Assembly: GCF_001194135.2 (NCBI RefSeq)
Contig: NC_068990.1
Location: 43,405,267-43,440,948 of the forward strand
Direction of reading: 5' to 3'
Length of the DNA: 35,682 nucleotides
DNA from: Octopus bimaculoides
Taxonomy: Eukaryota
Part shown: in pieces, positions 1 through 11,350 of the stretch
How the letters are laid out: every line of letters starts with the position of its first letter
How positions within the stretch are numbered: the stretch's first letter is position 1
Notes under the pieces: model-generated
Told to the model about the DNA's origin: nothing
Database searches by the model: none
The model's input: only the letters and a program-made list of their open reading frames with translations
Translations under genes and position numbers: made by a program

Positions 1-43
<43 letters not shown>

Positions 44-51
44 TTATATAT
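1..51. repeat. (TA)n microsatellite
   Basis: Near-perfect TA dinucleotide run. Confidence 0.95.
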
Positions 52-209
52 GACTGTTTTTTTCGGTTTCCATCTAATAATCCACTCACAAGGCTTTGGT
101 TGACCTGGGGCTATAGTAGAAGGCACTTACCTACGGTGTCACACAGTGGGACTAAACCCAAAACTATGGAATTTGGAAGCAAATGTCTTACCACACATCC
201 ACACCTGTA
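52..209 (-). mobile_element. tRNA-derived SINE (family A), 5' half
   Basis: Reverse complement matches the heads at 4403 and 13133 (GTGTGGTAAGA...TTCAGTCCCACTG...CTATAGCC...CCAAAGCCTTGTGAGTGGATT). Confidence 0.8.
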
Positions 210-221
210 CCTATTAATCAT

Positions 222-460
222 GAATATTTGTTTGCCAAATACCATAAAGGTGATGTGAAAGGTGAGAAAATTTCTCATTGTTTGAAGAATTATTTGAAGA
301 AATATAATGTTCCTCTCTGGAATATTACAGCAGTAGCTACCAATTATGCAGCAGCAATTGTGGCTTATTATGAAGAACTTGCTGCCATACTTTAGGATTA
401 CAGACACCATTTTCCGTCTTAGAAATTCAGCAGTTAATTGCACAGTTCTTTGAATCACAA
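222..460 (+). mobile_element. hAT (Buster/ZBED5-like) transposase remnant, part 1
   Basis: EYLFAKYHKGDVKGEKISHCLKNYLKKYNVPLWNITAVATNYAAAIVAY resembles the hAT 'TKGESIF..NI.A.ATDGAPAMVG' catalytic region; stops follow. Confidence 0.65.
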
Positions 461-489
461 TTGCTTGTAATGTTAATTTTTTTTTTTTA

Positions 490-675
490 TCTTTTACTTG
501 TTTCAGTCATTGGACTGTAGCAATGATGGGTTACCACCTTGAATGATTTAGTCAAGCAAATCGATCCCACCACTTTTTTCTTTTAAGTTTAGTACTTATT
601 CTATCTCATTTGCCAGACTGATAAATTGCAGGGGTGTAAACAAACCAATGCCAATAGTTAAGTTATAGGAGGGGG

Positions 676-717
<42 letters not shown>

Positions 718-896
718 TACACACACACACACATATACAACAGGCTTCTACACAATTTCCATCTACCAAAATCACTCATAAGGTATTGGTCCACTTGGAG
801 TATAGTAAAAAGATACTTGCCCAATGTACTGTGCAGTGGGATTGAACCCAAAACCACATGGTTGCAAAGTAAGCTTCTTACTACACAGCCATGCCT
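490..896 (-). mobile_element. Full-length family A SINE with internal (CA)n
   Basis: tRNA-like head at 896, internal microsatellite ~677-735, 3' tail TGACTGAAACAAGTAAAAGA on the minus strand; homologous to 4403-4793 and 29115-29491. Confidence 0.85.
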
Positions 897-944
897 AAAA
901 AAATAGTACAAATTTTGACCAATTACTTTTGCACACACTGGTAA

Positions 945-1260
945 TGTCACTCAAAAGAGGTGAGAATTTATAAAGACTTATTGACACATGACCCAGCAGT
1001 GGAGTTTCTTGCCAATATAGAACCATCATTATGAGAGAATTGAGGAAGTGTAAGAAGCATGTATTCTATTTGCCATACCTATATTCAAAATTTAAAGAGG
1101 TACAGAAATGTTTGCAAAGTAATTATGCCAAATTTATTCAGATTCAATCTCTTAAGACTTCTAAGGTAAAACAAGCAAATTGAAATCTACATCAGCATGA
1201 AACATTTTGAATCATGACCTGGAGATATAATAAAATTCATAAAATACCATGAAAAATTAA
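945..1260 (+). mobile_element. hAT transposase remnant, part 2 (continuation of 222-460)
   Basis: Frameshifted translation AVEFLANIEPSL / ELRKCKKHVFYLPYLYSKFKEVQKCLQSN fits the region after the hAT 'RWLS' motif. Confidence 0.55.
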
Positions 1261-1275
1261 AGGAAGGCATTAAAG

Positions 1276-2060
1276 CAGGGTTTCCAACTCAAATGACTTG
1301 AGGGCCAAGCTCTATGCTGGTGAGGGTCTTAAAGGGCCACAAAATTTTTTCTGTGTGTGCTTGGAACTCTTTCAAAGAAAAGCTATACCTGATGCTGTTT
1401 CCCATTATTTCCATAATAATAGATTATAAATCAAGACACCAGAATTCGATTCTCAAGCAAAGGCAGCATATTTGTTTCTTAACAACTGAAGACAAAGTTG
1501 ATTAGACATATTTATGGCATATAATACATATATATTTAGAAAGAATGTACTCTCTGCTCAAAACTACTGGTTACTTTTCTGACACCACTTTTCCTTAACC
1601 AGCTTGGAAATTTCAGAGGCATTATTGCTTTGGTTGTTGTCAATCTTAAGGATGATTTCAAAAACCTCTCACAAACACATGTGCTTCCAAACATACACAA
1701 CACTTTCTTAACCAAACATATGATGTTTGGATATTTCACAGGGTCAACACAGGTGTAGAACTGAGGCACTCTAACAACTGACAACTTCTGTTTTAATGCT
1801 GAATCACTTGTGATGTCAATAAGTTCAATTTGAATAGAAGAAACATCATTAACATCAACAGCAAAGGGGTTCGAAAACACATCAAACTGTGCCTTCATTT
1901 CCTTCAACTCTTTGAATTATCAGTCAAATTCCCTCAGCAGTTTGTTGATAAATTCCACACACTCTTGAAATTTATCAATAGTGTGTGGACCCAGTTACTG
2001 GAAGTTAAATGCATCCTTACCAGTTCACAAAGCCCACAGAGACCGGATTAGCAAACTAGT
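1276..2060 (-). mobile_element. hAT (SPIN/GTF2IRD2-like) 3' remnant with dimerisation domain and terminal inverted repeat
   Basis: ORF 1536-1907: QFDVFSNPF...IQIELIDITSDSALKQK...FY...KVLCMFGSTCVCE (hAT C-terminal domain). Terminus CAGGGTTTCCAAC at 1276 is preceded by CATTAAAG, a TA-centred 8-mer typical of Buster targets. Confidence 0.8.
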
Positions 2061-2104
2061 TAAGTGGCAGTTGACAGGGACAATCGTCAACAACTGGTAG
2101 TGAA

Positions 2105-3690
2105 TCACTCAGAAGAGAGTGATTAGAGTATAACTGAAGGTGTTTAGCAAAGATTTAGCAATAGAAAGAAATAGATTAGAGAGAGAACTAGTTAGCAAAC
2201 TAGAAGAGGCTATTAGTAAAGACATCGCAATCGACATGTTAGCGGCAAGATGGCCTGTGACCATTTCTTCGAGATGAAACATGAAGAGTGTGTTGTCAGA
2301 GCTAAGGCTTGTGCACAAAAACACAAAGGGACTAAAGCCATCCGATGAGCCTGAACAGTAGAGACGCAATGTAGAAAAAAAAACCATGATCAAATCTTTG
2401 ACAGATCAGGACAGGCGCATGCTACTCTGAGCTGATGTGTGCAGCTTTCCAGCAGCACTTTGCACAGCTGTTTGGTGAGGGTGATGGGTCAGTAATGGTA
2501 GCAGACTTTATTTCGTACCTTGACGACCTACCACAGCTCTCAGTAATAGCCACTGATATACAGGAGGTGATGAGCAATTGCACAAGTTGCAAATCATCCA
2601 GTTTGGATGGTCTCCCTATGAATTCTATGTATTCATACCAGATTTGTTTGACAGCCTTTTAGCAAATGTCTACAGTAACTGGCAGCAGAAAAGGAGAATT
2701 CCTAGTACTGTTAGCCAAGGTGTGGTAATGCTGCTGAGAAAGGATGCCGACAATGGGGATGTGCTGGTGAATTTTTGGCCCATAACTCTGCTAAACACAG
2801 AGTTTAAGATTCTAGTCAAGGTGTTAGCGAAAAGGTTGGCATTTGTCATTGGTGGTCTGGTTGGGGAGGCACAAATGGGTGCAATCCTCCACCTTATGCG
2901 ATACAACATAGAGAAGGCAGGGACTAAAGCTAGCTTCAGTGGAGCCCTGATCAGTTTAGATCAGTCAAAAGCTTTCAATAGGGTAGACCATCGCTACATG
3001 GAAGCCATCCTTAAAGCAGCTGGTTTCAGACCTGTTTTCAGAGGCTGGATTGCTGCAATGCACAGCAGCACCTGCTCAGTGGTCAAAGTAAATGACCACC
3101 TATCAGAACCATTTAGTATCACACATTCGATCCATCAGGGCTGTCCACTGTCACCTTTTCTGTATGTGCTGGCTCTTGAGCCACTGCTGCAGAAGTTGGA
3201 ACATTTAAGAGGCCCCACCCCCTTTCGAAATTAGACTCAGGAGAGCAGTGTTGGCATACGCGGACGACATCACCATCATGGAGTCAGATGCCTCCCAAGT
3301 TGAGATGGTCAGCTTCATTGTATGGGAATATGAGTCAGTTGCAGGGTTCAAAATCAACTCTGACAAATCGGTGGGATTGCGACTGGGCACCTGGAGAGGC
3401 AGATCAATGCTATCAGATGGTGTTGACAGACCAGTTAAACTGCTCAAGGTTTGTTTCGGTCCTGACCTCTAGGTAGATAAGAATTGGGAAGAGGGGACAA
3501 ACAGGGTGGCCTGTCTTACCCAGAAACGGGCAAAGAGGAAGTTGTCCCTGAAAGATTGGGCAGAGATGGCAAATGCCTACATCACTTCTGTCATTATTTA
3601 TTGTCTGACCATCGGGCTTTGCCCCGGTTAACTGCTTGATTAGATTGGAGCATATCCTGTTTACTTTCCTGTGGAAGGGATACATTCCAA
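2105..3690 (+). mobile_element. Tx1/L1-clade LINE, decayed reverse transcriptase region
   Basis: WPITLLNTEFKILVKVLAKRL, ISLDQSKAFNRVDH, QGCPLSP, AYADDIT, KINSDKS and LSLKDWAEMANAYITS across ORFs 2578-3234 and 3248-3472; stops and frameshifts present. Confidence 0.9.
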
Positions 3691-3714
3691 TGGTCAGGCA
3701 CTCGGTCTGCTGAC

Positions 3715-4090
3715 AACTTCCTCAGTGTGGCCTTTTATTAAATACATCATGTTTTCAATTCTGTTTGTCACTGTACCATCCTACCAACCTTCTTTACCAT
3801 TCTTGTATATTTGGAAATGGACTTTGTCTCCCACAGCAAAATGTTTTCTTGAATTTTTTGTATTTTCTGTTTTTTTATGTTCAACCTTCCTAACTTTGCT
3901 CTGCAATGTGAGCTCTTGTATCCTATTTTTTTCCAGCTGTAACATTTCCGCATTTTGAAAGGACAGTCCTTCTTGAAATGTTGGCCTCCACATCCATAGC
4001 ATGGGTTTGGTCCTAACATTTTTTTTCGTTTATTCCTTCCCGGTTGACATGCCTGTAGTAGAGAGAAATCGTTCTCTTCAATTTTTTTTA
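3715..4090 (-). mobile_element. Ty3/Gypsy LTR-retrotransposon internal fragment (Gag zinc knuckles + post-integrase tail)
   Basis: CYGCGGQHFKKDC and CYSWKKIGYKSSHC (two CCHC knuckles), followed in another frame by FAVGDKVHFQIYKNGKEGW*DGTVTNRIENMMYLIK. Confidence 0.7.
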
Positions 4091-4107
4091 CATCCTGTCA
4101 CAAGTTT

Positions 4108-4350
4108 ACCATTCATCTTCCTCCTCTCTTCAAAAACTCCTGGCCCTGTGCCAAAATTTGAGACCACTATTGCATTGCAGGCAAAATGCTTTGTAGCCTT
4201 TCATCTGTCACTATATTCTGAATTCAAATTCTGTCAGGGTCAACTTTGTCTTTCATCCTTCCCAGGTTGATGAAATGAGTAACAGTTGAACATTGGCAAC
4301 AATGTAATTGACTTACCCCTTCCCTAAAGAATTTCAGGCCCTATTTGATC
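4108..4350 (+). mobile_element. tRNA-derived SINE (family B) fragments
   Basis: 3' tail CTGGCCCTGTGCCAAAATTTGAGACC followed by a body with B-box-like GAATTCAAATTC and TCAACTTTGTCTTTCATCC; homologous to 23777-23988 (minus). Confidence 0.7.
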
Positions 4351-4402
4351 TTTATTATTATAATAATTACAAAGATTAATATTGTTATATTTTTTTGTAG
4401 AT

Positions 4403-4793
4403 TGGCACAGGAGTGGCTGTGTGGTAAGAAGCTTGCTTCCCAGCCACACAGTTACAGGTTCAGTCCCACTGCATGGCACCTCAGGCAAGTGTCTTCCACT
4501 ACAGTCTCAGACCAACCAAAGCCTTGTGAGTTAATTTGGCAGACGGAAACTGAAAGAATCCCATCATATATACATACATATATGCATATGTTTGTGTGCC
4601 TGTGCTTGTCCCCATACAATAGCCTGACACTGATGTTGGTGTGTTTACGTCCCCATATCTCAGTAGTTTGGTAAAAGAGACCGATAGAATAAGTACTAGG
4701 CTTACAAAGAATAAGCCCTGGGGTCGCTTTGTTTGACTAAAGGCAGTGCTCTAGCATGGCTGCAGTCAAATGACTGAAACAAGTAAAAGAGTA
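4403..4793 (+). mobile_element. Full-length family A SINE
   Basis: Head GGAGTGGCTGTGTGGTAAGAAGCTTGCTTCCC...GGTTCAGTCCC, internal TA/TG tract, tail GCAGTCAAATGACTGAAACAAGTAAAAGAG. Confidence 0.9.
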
Positions 4794-5406
4794 CACCTTG
4801 GGCCAATAAGGGATTAAAGATTAGAGGAACGATTTGAAACTTAAAGAAGTTTGAGACCCTTCTTCCTCCATAGTAACTCAACCTGCTAGAAATAAATGTC
4901 AAATCACTTTTAAATGATCACCAACTATATTTAAAAAATTGAAGGAAGCATAATCCTCAATATACTATACCTAAAAATAAATAGGATGGAATAGGATGGT
5001 CATGGCTGGAGCAACTTTGCTCACAGGTCTGTTCAATTGGAGATCACCTGAGATTAAAGAAGCAACAAGATTTTCATATGACCACAATCTTTATAGTGAA
5101 GAAAGTTTGACAAAATAAAATGAAGGCAGTACTCCAGCATGGCTGCAGTCAAATGACTAAGACAAGTAAAAGAGTATACCTTGGGCCAATTAGGGATAAA
5201 AGTGCACCAGCATGACCGCAGCCACTTGGCTGAAACACATAAATAAATAAATTAGAAACTTAAAGAAGTTTAAGACCCTCCTTTCTACATTGTCACTCAA
5301 CCTGCTAGAAATAAAAGTCAAATCACTTTTAAATGATCACCTACTATATTTTAAAAATTGAAAGAAACATAATTCTCAATATACTATACCTAAAAATAAA
5401 TAGGAT
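4740..5406 (+). repeat. Diverged direct duplication (4740-4987 vs 5123-5406)
   Basis: Both copies contain the SINE tail plus identical-junction flank ACCTTGGGCCAAT...CAACCTGCTAGAAATAAA...TATACTATACCTAAAAATAAATAGGAT. Confidence 0.9.
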
Positions 5407-6359
5407 NNNNNNNNNNNNNNNNNNNNNNNNNNNNNNNNNNNNNNNNNNNNNNNNNNNNNNNNNNNNNNNNNNNNNNNNNNNNNNNNNNNNNNNNNNNNNN
5501 NNNNNNNNNNNNNNNNNNNNNNNNNNNNNNNNNNNNNNNNNNNNNNNNNNNNNNNNNNNNNNNNNNNNNNNNNNNNNNNNNNNNNNNNNNNNNNNNNNNN
5601 NNNNNNNNNNNNNNNNNNNNNNNNNNNNNNNNNNNNNNNNNNNNNNNNNNNNNNNNNNNNNNNNNNNNNNNNNNNNNNNNNNNNNNNNNNNNNNNNNNNN
5701 NNNNNNNNNNNNNNNNNNNNNNNNNNNNNNNNNNNNNNNNNNNNNNNNNNNNNNNNNNNNNNNNNNNNNNNNNNNNNNNNNNNNNNNNNNNNNNNNNNNN
5801 NNNNNNNNNNNNNNNNNNNNNNNNNNNNNNNNNNNNNNNNNNNNNNNNNNNNNNNNNNNNNNNNNNNNNNNNNNNNNNNNNNNNNNNNNNNNNNNNNNNN
5901 NNNNNNNNNNNNNNNNNNNNNNNNNNNNNNNNNNNNNNNNNNNNNNNNNNNNNNNNNNNNNNNNNNNNNNNNNNNNNNNNNNNNNNNNNNNNNNNNNNNN
6001 NNNNNNNNNNNNNNNNNNNNNNNNNNNNNNNNNNNNNNNNNNNNNNNNNNNNNNNNNNNNNNNNNNNNNNNNNNNNNNNNNNNNNNNNNNNNNNNNNNNN
6101 NNNNNNNNNNNNNNNNNNNNNNNNNNNNNNNNNNNNNNNNNNNNNNNNNNNNNNNNNNNNNNNNNNNNNNNNNNNNNNNNNNNNNNNNNNNNNNNNNNNN
6201 NNNNNNNNNNNNNNNNNNNNNNNNNNNNNNNNNNNNNNNNNNNNNNNNNNNNNNNNNNNNNNNNNNNNNNNNNNNNNNNNNNNNNNNNNNNNNNNNNNNN
6301 NNNNNNNNNNNNNNNNNNNNNNNNNNNNNNNNNNNNNNNNNNNNNNNNNNNNNNNNNNN
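5407..6359. other. Assembly gap
   Basis: Run of N. Confidence 1.
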
Positions 6360-6692
6360 TATATATATATATATGTATGTATGTATGTATGTATATGTAT
6401 GTATATATGTATATATATATATATGTATATATGTATGTATATATACATGTATATATTTATGTATATATGCATGTATATATGTATATTATACATACATATA
6501 TATATATATATGTGTGTATACATGTATATATATTCTTTGTATTATTATATATATATATATGTATATACATATGTGTACATAGATATACTTTTTTCCACCT
6601 TGTTTTGCATTTATGTGCTTACTCATGTATGTATGTGTATATGTTTGTCAGTGAGCATGTATACGTGTGTATGTGTATGTGTGTGTGTGTTT
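6360..6692. repeat. Compound TA/TATG/TG low-complexity tract
   Basis: Degenerate TA, TATG and TG repeats abutting the gap. Confidence 0.9.
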
Positions 6693-7289
6693 ACATAGTA
6701 AAAGTAGAAAATGTCTTTGACTTCTTGGCTTACTTGCATTCATCAGACTGTGACTTAGTTTGATGTTTCAAACCTTATATATGGGTTATACTTTCTTTTT
6801 CAGGGAAAATGGTGGAATCATCTGATAAGCAGAACAATGTATATGCAATGAAGTATGGTGCAAATGAGTTTACAGGAAGAAAAGAGAAGTGGTTGTATAA
6901 GGAGGCATAAAGAAGGAGAGAAAGAGAGTATAGTTTATAAGTTGGGGGTGGAAAGGAAAAAATAGTAAAGACAATTTTTTGGTTTGACAAAAAATATAGG
7001 TTGTGCTGAATTGTGTATATTTAATGTAAGGCATTGTTGTTTGCTTATAAGTTATTACTTGGGTTCATTCGAGCATGCATGCACAGAAGTTCGATTTGTA
7101 TGGGAGTTCATGTAGCAAATAAATCACATTCTGTTAGTCAAAGATTTTTCTTGCAAATATTCAGAATACATTATAGATTTGCTGTTTTTAGGGTTCATAC
7201 TGGAATGTTTATAAATATAGATATGACAGGTTGAATTTGTATCAGAGTCTAGTTCAAATATAGGTCAAATTTAGTGGTGAGGATGATGG

Positions 7290-7309
7290 TACATACATAC
7301 ATACATACA

Positions 7310-7338
<29 letters not shown>
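7290..7338. repeat. (TACA)n microsatellite
   Basis: About 12 TACA units. Confidence 0.95.
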
Positions 7339-7342
<4 letters not shown>

Positions 7343-7348
7343 CATATG

Positions 7349-7625
7349 CATCATCATCATCATTTAGTGTCTGCTTTCCATGCTGGCATGGGGTAGATGG
7401 TATGACTGGAACTGGTAAGCTGGAGAGCTGCACCAAGTTCCAGTCTGATTTGACATGGTTTCTATCACTGGATGCCCTTCCTAAAAGCCAACCAATCTAA
7501 GAGTGCAATGGTTGCTTTTTATGTGCCACCAGAACGGGTGCTTTTATGTGTCACCAGTATGGGTGCCAGTTACATGACACTGGGATTGACCTAAACTACA
7601 ATTTCATTTGGCTTGGTGAGTTTTC
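7349..7625 (-). mobile_element. RTE-tailed SINE / RTE 3' end with (GAT)n tail
   Basis: Minus strand has GGTTGGC..AGGAAGGGCATCCAG core and CCATGCCAGCATGGAAAGCAGACACTAAATGATGATG tail, as at 27100-27388 and 30880-31004. Confidence 0.8.
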
Positions 7626-7659
7626 TCAAGCACATATATGTATTATTGAGGTAAATCCC

Positions 7660-8115
7660 TTCCGTTCTGCCCTTATTCTTTGGAAGATTTCAGCAAAGTC
7701 AGACAAGACCCTATGTGGCAGTCTCTTCATTGGCACTATCCTACCTGCACTCATGCATGCATATGAGACATAGGCTGCTACAAAGAGCAAAAAAATTTTG
7801 ATTGGCTATATCATAAAGGGCCATGAAAACATCCATGCTGCGAATATCATTGTAAGAGCATATCCAAATTAAGGCAATGAACGATGTGATCACAGAATAC
7901 CAACAGCACAAGTTCCACTGAGATGGAAAATGCTTCAAGTTGCACAGATGACAGTTGGACAGGTGTAGTTGTTTGGTAGTACTAAGGAGATTGTGAAAGG
8001 ACACTCAGAAGCCCTCTATAGTGATAGGAAGATTATGTTTAGCTAAATGATTTGAGACAAGATAGAAAAGAAGGGTGTCATCAGCTAAGAATAGGAAGCA
8101 CTTTGTGGCCAATGA
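7660..8115 (+). mobile_element. RTE-clade LINE C-terminal remnant
   Basis: Frameshifted LFIGTILPALMHAYET*AATK...IIKGHENIHAANIIVRAYPN...KFH*DGKCFKLHR*QLDRC fits RTE 'LFN.TVLPA.LY.SETW...KFRWAGHVAR..DNRW'. Confidence 0.6.
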
Positions 8116-8646
8116 TTTATAACAATTCCCAATAATGTGGTCAATAAAGGCGAAAGGATATAGGATACATATGTTTATATATATATATATATATCAATTC
8201 ACATGTTTGCATTTATTTAATAAATATGTATTCACTGTGTAAATATACTACATGGCACAATGTATGTAAATTAAATGTGTGTAGGTGAACTTCATAATTT
8301 TTCCACCCACACGCTGTTTATATACAAGATAAATGAACGTATGGATTATGATAAATATGTCATTGTTTAAATTTTATTTATTTAATACAGAATAAAACAT
8401 TTCATGGACAACAGAGATATACTGTAGATAATTCAAAACTGAATTATTTGGAAAATTTCTTTACTTCATTGTTATCTCAGCAATCAATATATTAGTAGCA
8501 AGTATTAAGATTATTATGTGAAGGACAGTTAATGTTGAAACCAACAGTTGTAATGCAACTGAAGAATAATTGCACTAAAATTATTATACTCAATACCTCA
8601 CCTTTGAATTGGCTTCTCTTTTATCTAAAAATTATTTTCCCCTCAG

Positions 8647-8658
8647 ATACATACATAC

Positions 8659-8747
<89 letters not shown>

Positions 8748-8779
8748 TGTATATGTATATATGTGTGTGTGTGTCTATG

Positions 8780-8811
<32 letters not shown>

Positions 8812-8891
8812 TACATATCTATTTATATATATATATATCTATAGCTATCTGTCTATCTATCTACCTATCTACCTATCTATCTATCTATCTA

Positions 8892-8925
<34 letters not shown>
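8647..8925. repeat. Compound (TG)n-(TA)n-(CTAT)n microsatellite
   Basis: About 40 TG units at 8665-8745, then TA and CTAT runs. Confidence 0.95.
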
Positions 8926-8930
<5 letters not shown>

Positions 8931-9251
8931 CAAGACAGGAAATTGGAAATATTTTTTTTTATAGTATTTATTCCCCCATTAGATGTGTTTGGTTTACTAA
9001 TAGGATTTACGAAGTTTTACATGTTAGGATAGACATGTAAGAAATTTCCAATTAGAAATTCTTCAGACAGAGAAATATAATAATACATTATTTTATTTCT
9101 CTGTCTCAAGAATTTTTTATAGAAAATTCATTGCATGTGTATCTAACATGTAAATCTTTGGATTTCCTATCAGCAAATGAAACACGTGTAATGGTGAATA
9201 AATCATAGCCCCCAAAAAAACAAAAAAATTCCAATTTCCTGTTTTGTTATA
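8926..9251. mobile_element. Fold-back (fully palindromic) MITE-like element
   Basis: Arms are reverse-complementary throughout: TATAACAAGACAGGAAATTGGAA vs TTCCAATTTCCTGTTTTGTTATA at the ends, AATTCTTCAGACAGAGAAATATAATAAT vs ATTATTTTATTTCTCTGTCTCAAGAATT at the centre (loop 9085-9086). TA at both ends. Confidence 0.8.
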
Positions 9252-9942
9252 CAATAAATCTGCAAATAATATTTCCATAACACTCAATTTTAATACGTAT
9301 ACTAAACTAACATGCAGCAGCCCTTGATACTACATATTGGATTGTAATAATGGAATAATCAGATGTGCTTTAACTACCTACACAATATATATATATATAT
9401 AAGTATAAGGTATGTTATGAGCATTTATAGATCACGTATCCTATATAAACTTAACAAACAATTAAAGATAGAAAAGAGAAGATGTTAAAAATTTTATAAA
9501 ATTTTAATCCATGCATACGATTGTTTCGAATGGTAATACTAACACGTAAGAAACATGGAAAAAATTAAAAATTGATTTAATTACAATTATAATTAAATTA
9601 ATTACATATTACCGTTCTCTTCAGTGCAAAAGAAGCATACATCAAAATGAAAATATCAGGAGAATATTATATTGTTACAGAAGACTAGATGGAGTTAGAG
9701 TCATATAACATAATCGGATATACATAATATGATTATGAAAGATGAAATATAAAATATATATTTTACTTCTTATCATAAATGCTTTATATGGAATATTTGT
9801 CACTATATTACTTATCTTCATATAGAGAGACTGTTTCTTAAAACATTTTCACTTATATTACAAAATATCCGTTAGCTGCATCAGTTATAGTTTTTATACA
9901 ACTAGACTCAACACCATCTAAGCATGGTTTTATATTTCATAG

Positions 9943-10017
9943 ACCATATTTGATGGCATATAAAATGCACTTTTTACCCAAAAATTATTTCAGTAAATCA
10001 ACATGGGTCGTATGTGC
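9943..10017 (+). mobile_element. Possible pogo/Tigger-type terminal remnant
   Basis: CCATATTTGATGGCATATAAAATGCACTTTTT...GGGTCGTATGTGC resembles CpG-decayed 'CCGTATTT..CG..TATAAGACGCAC...GTGCGTCTTATA' termini. Confidence 0.4.
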
Positions 10018-10144
10018 AAAGATGGGCCACCCATAGGCTAATTTTGTCCTAATGCTCACTACTATAATTTAATTTTAATCGAAACAGTTTCTTCTTGCTC
10101 AACTCCATAATAATGGTTTCAAATTTTAGCACAAGACCAGCAAT

Positions 10145-10154
10145 NNNNNNNNNN
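10145..10154. other. 10-N assembly gap
   Basis: Run of N inside a GGA tract of a family B SINE tail (10112-10185). Confidence 1.
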
Positions 10155-10417
10155 AGGAGGAGGAGGAGGAGGAGGAAGGGGAGTGTTTCTACATTTCTCA
10201 AAGGAAATAAAGTGAGTCTCAAGTTATCTTATAAACACTAAACAGCATTAATGTATTGACAGATCAATATTACATAACCAGTTTACCATATTGGAAAGCA
10301 CATTTAAGTACTTTACTCTCAATTATTGCAAGCAAAGTATTTGAAGAATTAATATGGTTTACTAAGAGAAATTGAATTGAAAGCAGATTCTGAGGTTGTG
10401 TAAGATATTTTCCATGT

Positions 10418-10577
10418 GCAGGCATGGATGTTTGGTTGAATTAGTTTACTTCACAGCCATGTGGTTCCAAGTTCAGTCTTATAGGCTATTTTTAAAGTAA
10501 ATATCTTCTACAGTATCCATGAATTGACCAATGAAGAATTTGTTCAATGGAAACTGTGAGGAATCCCATTGTGTGTA
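10418..10577 (+). mobile_element. Old family A SINE head
   Basis: GCAGGCATGGATGTTTGGTT...CCATGTGGTTCCAAGTTCAGTC...ATGGAAACTGTGAGGAATCCCATTGTGTG. Confidence 0.6.
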
Positions 10578-10679
10578 AGAACCCTTGACAGAGTAGGGGT
10601 ACAGTATTGAGTGAGGCGGCTTTGTGCCCGTTATTCAGAGGCTAAACTATGAAAGTGAGATGGGGACAAGTGTGTTAGA

Positions 10680-11350
10680 GTAGTAGATATACATGTCTAA
10701 CCCAGCTGGAAAGGGAGAACAGATGGAGGAAATGAAGTATCGGAGTGTACTTCCATGGTACAAGAAGGTGGGCAGAGACATAATAGGTGCAGAGAATCAA
10801 AGATGACTAGGTGTAGGTAGGGTTGCGAGAGTGTAAAAGCAATGAATGGTGAACATTGTTGAAAGCATAGGCAATGGTGAGTCTCAGGTTTGAGGGCATA
10901 TAAGGCAACAAGGAGTGGATCATGGAGGAGGAAGTGATTCATGGTAATACATATATAGCAACAAAAAAAATGAGAAATAAGATGTGGTGAAATGTGGAGG
11001 AGAGAGCAGATGCACAGTGACAGAGACAGAGATCAAAGGAGATACACAACAGTTGCTGTTATAGCTTACAAAAAGGGGCATTGATGACAAATATGAGAGG
11101 TTGTTCAGGAGAAAGGAGCATTCAGTGGAAATATAGTGATAAGGGATGATATTGAGAGTGCAGGATGGGTGGTAAAAGAAGTGGTTCTAAGAAGAGGAGT
11201 AGCACAAAAGGAGAAAGGAAGATGTGCTGTTTTGCTCTCATGAAATTACAACAGCTGAGGAAATAGCAATGTAGTTAGAAGGGTGAAGGGAGTTTATGAA
11301 AATGAGTTGCTGGGAAGGTTTGACAGGTACAGATTGAATGTGGAGGAATA
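10680..11350 (-). mobile_element. Highly decayed Penelope-like element, C-terminal part
   Basis: Minus-strand fragments FFYHPS, PLFVSYN, YICIT and FISSICSPFPAGLD occur in the order expected for PLE 'TYHP...PL.AY.R...IYCI.C...LIF.L.T..P.GLN'. Confidence 0.45.

Noticed and set aside
5333-6763. Long ORFs (476 aa, 377 aa) in the ORF track, and similar ones at 22371-23279 and 31843-32881
   Set aside because: They are made of N-gap X residues plus microsatellite translations.
8532-9040. ORFs with CV, YI, HT, poly-I or poly-H runs here and elsewhere
   Set aside because: Direct translations of (TG)n, (TA)n, (CA)n, (ATT)n and (CAT)n repeats.
10612-10642. Minus CTGAATAACGGGCACAAAGCCG downstream of the old PLE, possibly half a hammerhead
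   Set aside because: G8 is altered and no GAAA or NUH half follows; cannot be supported.
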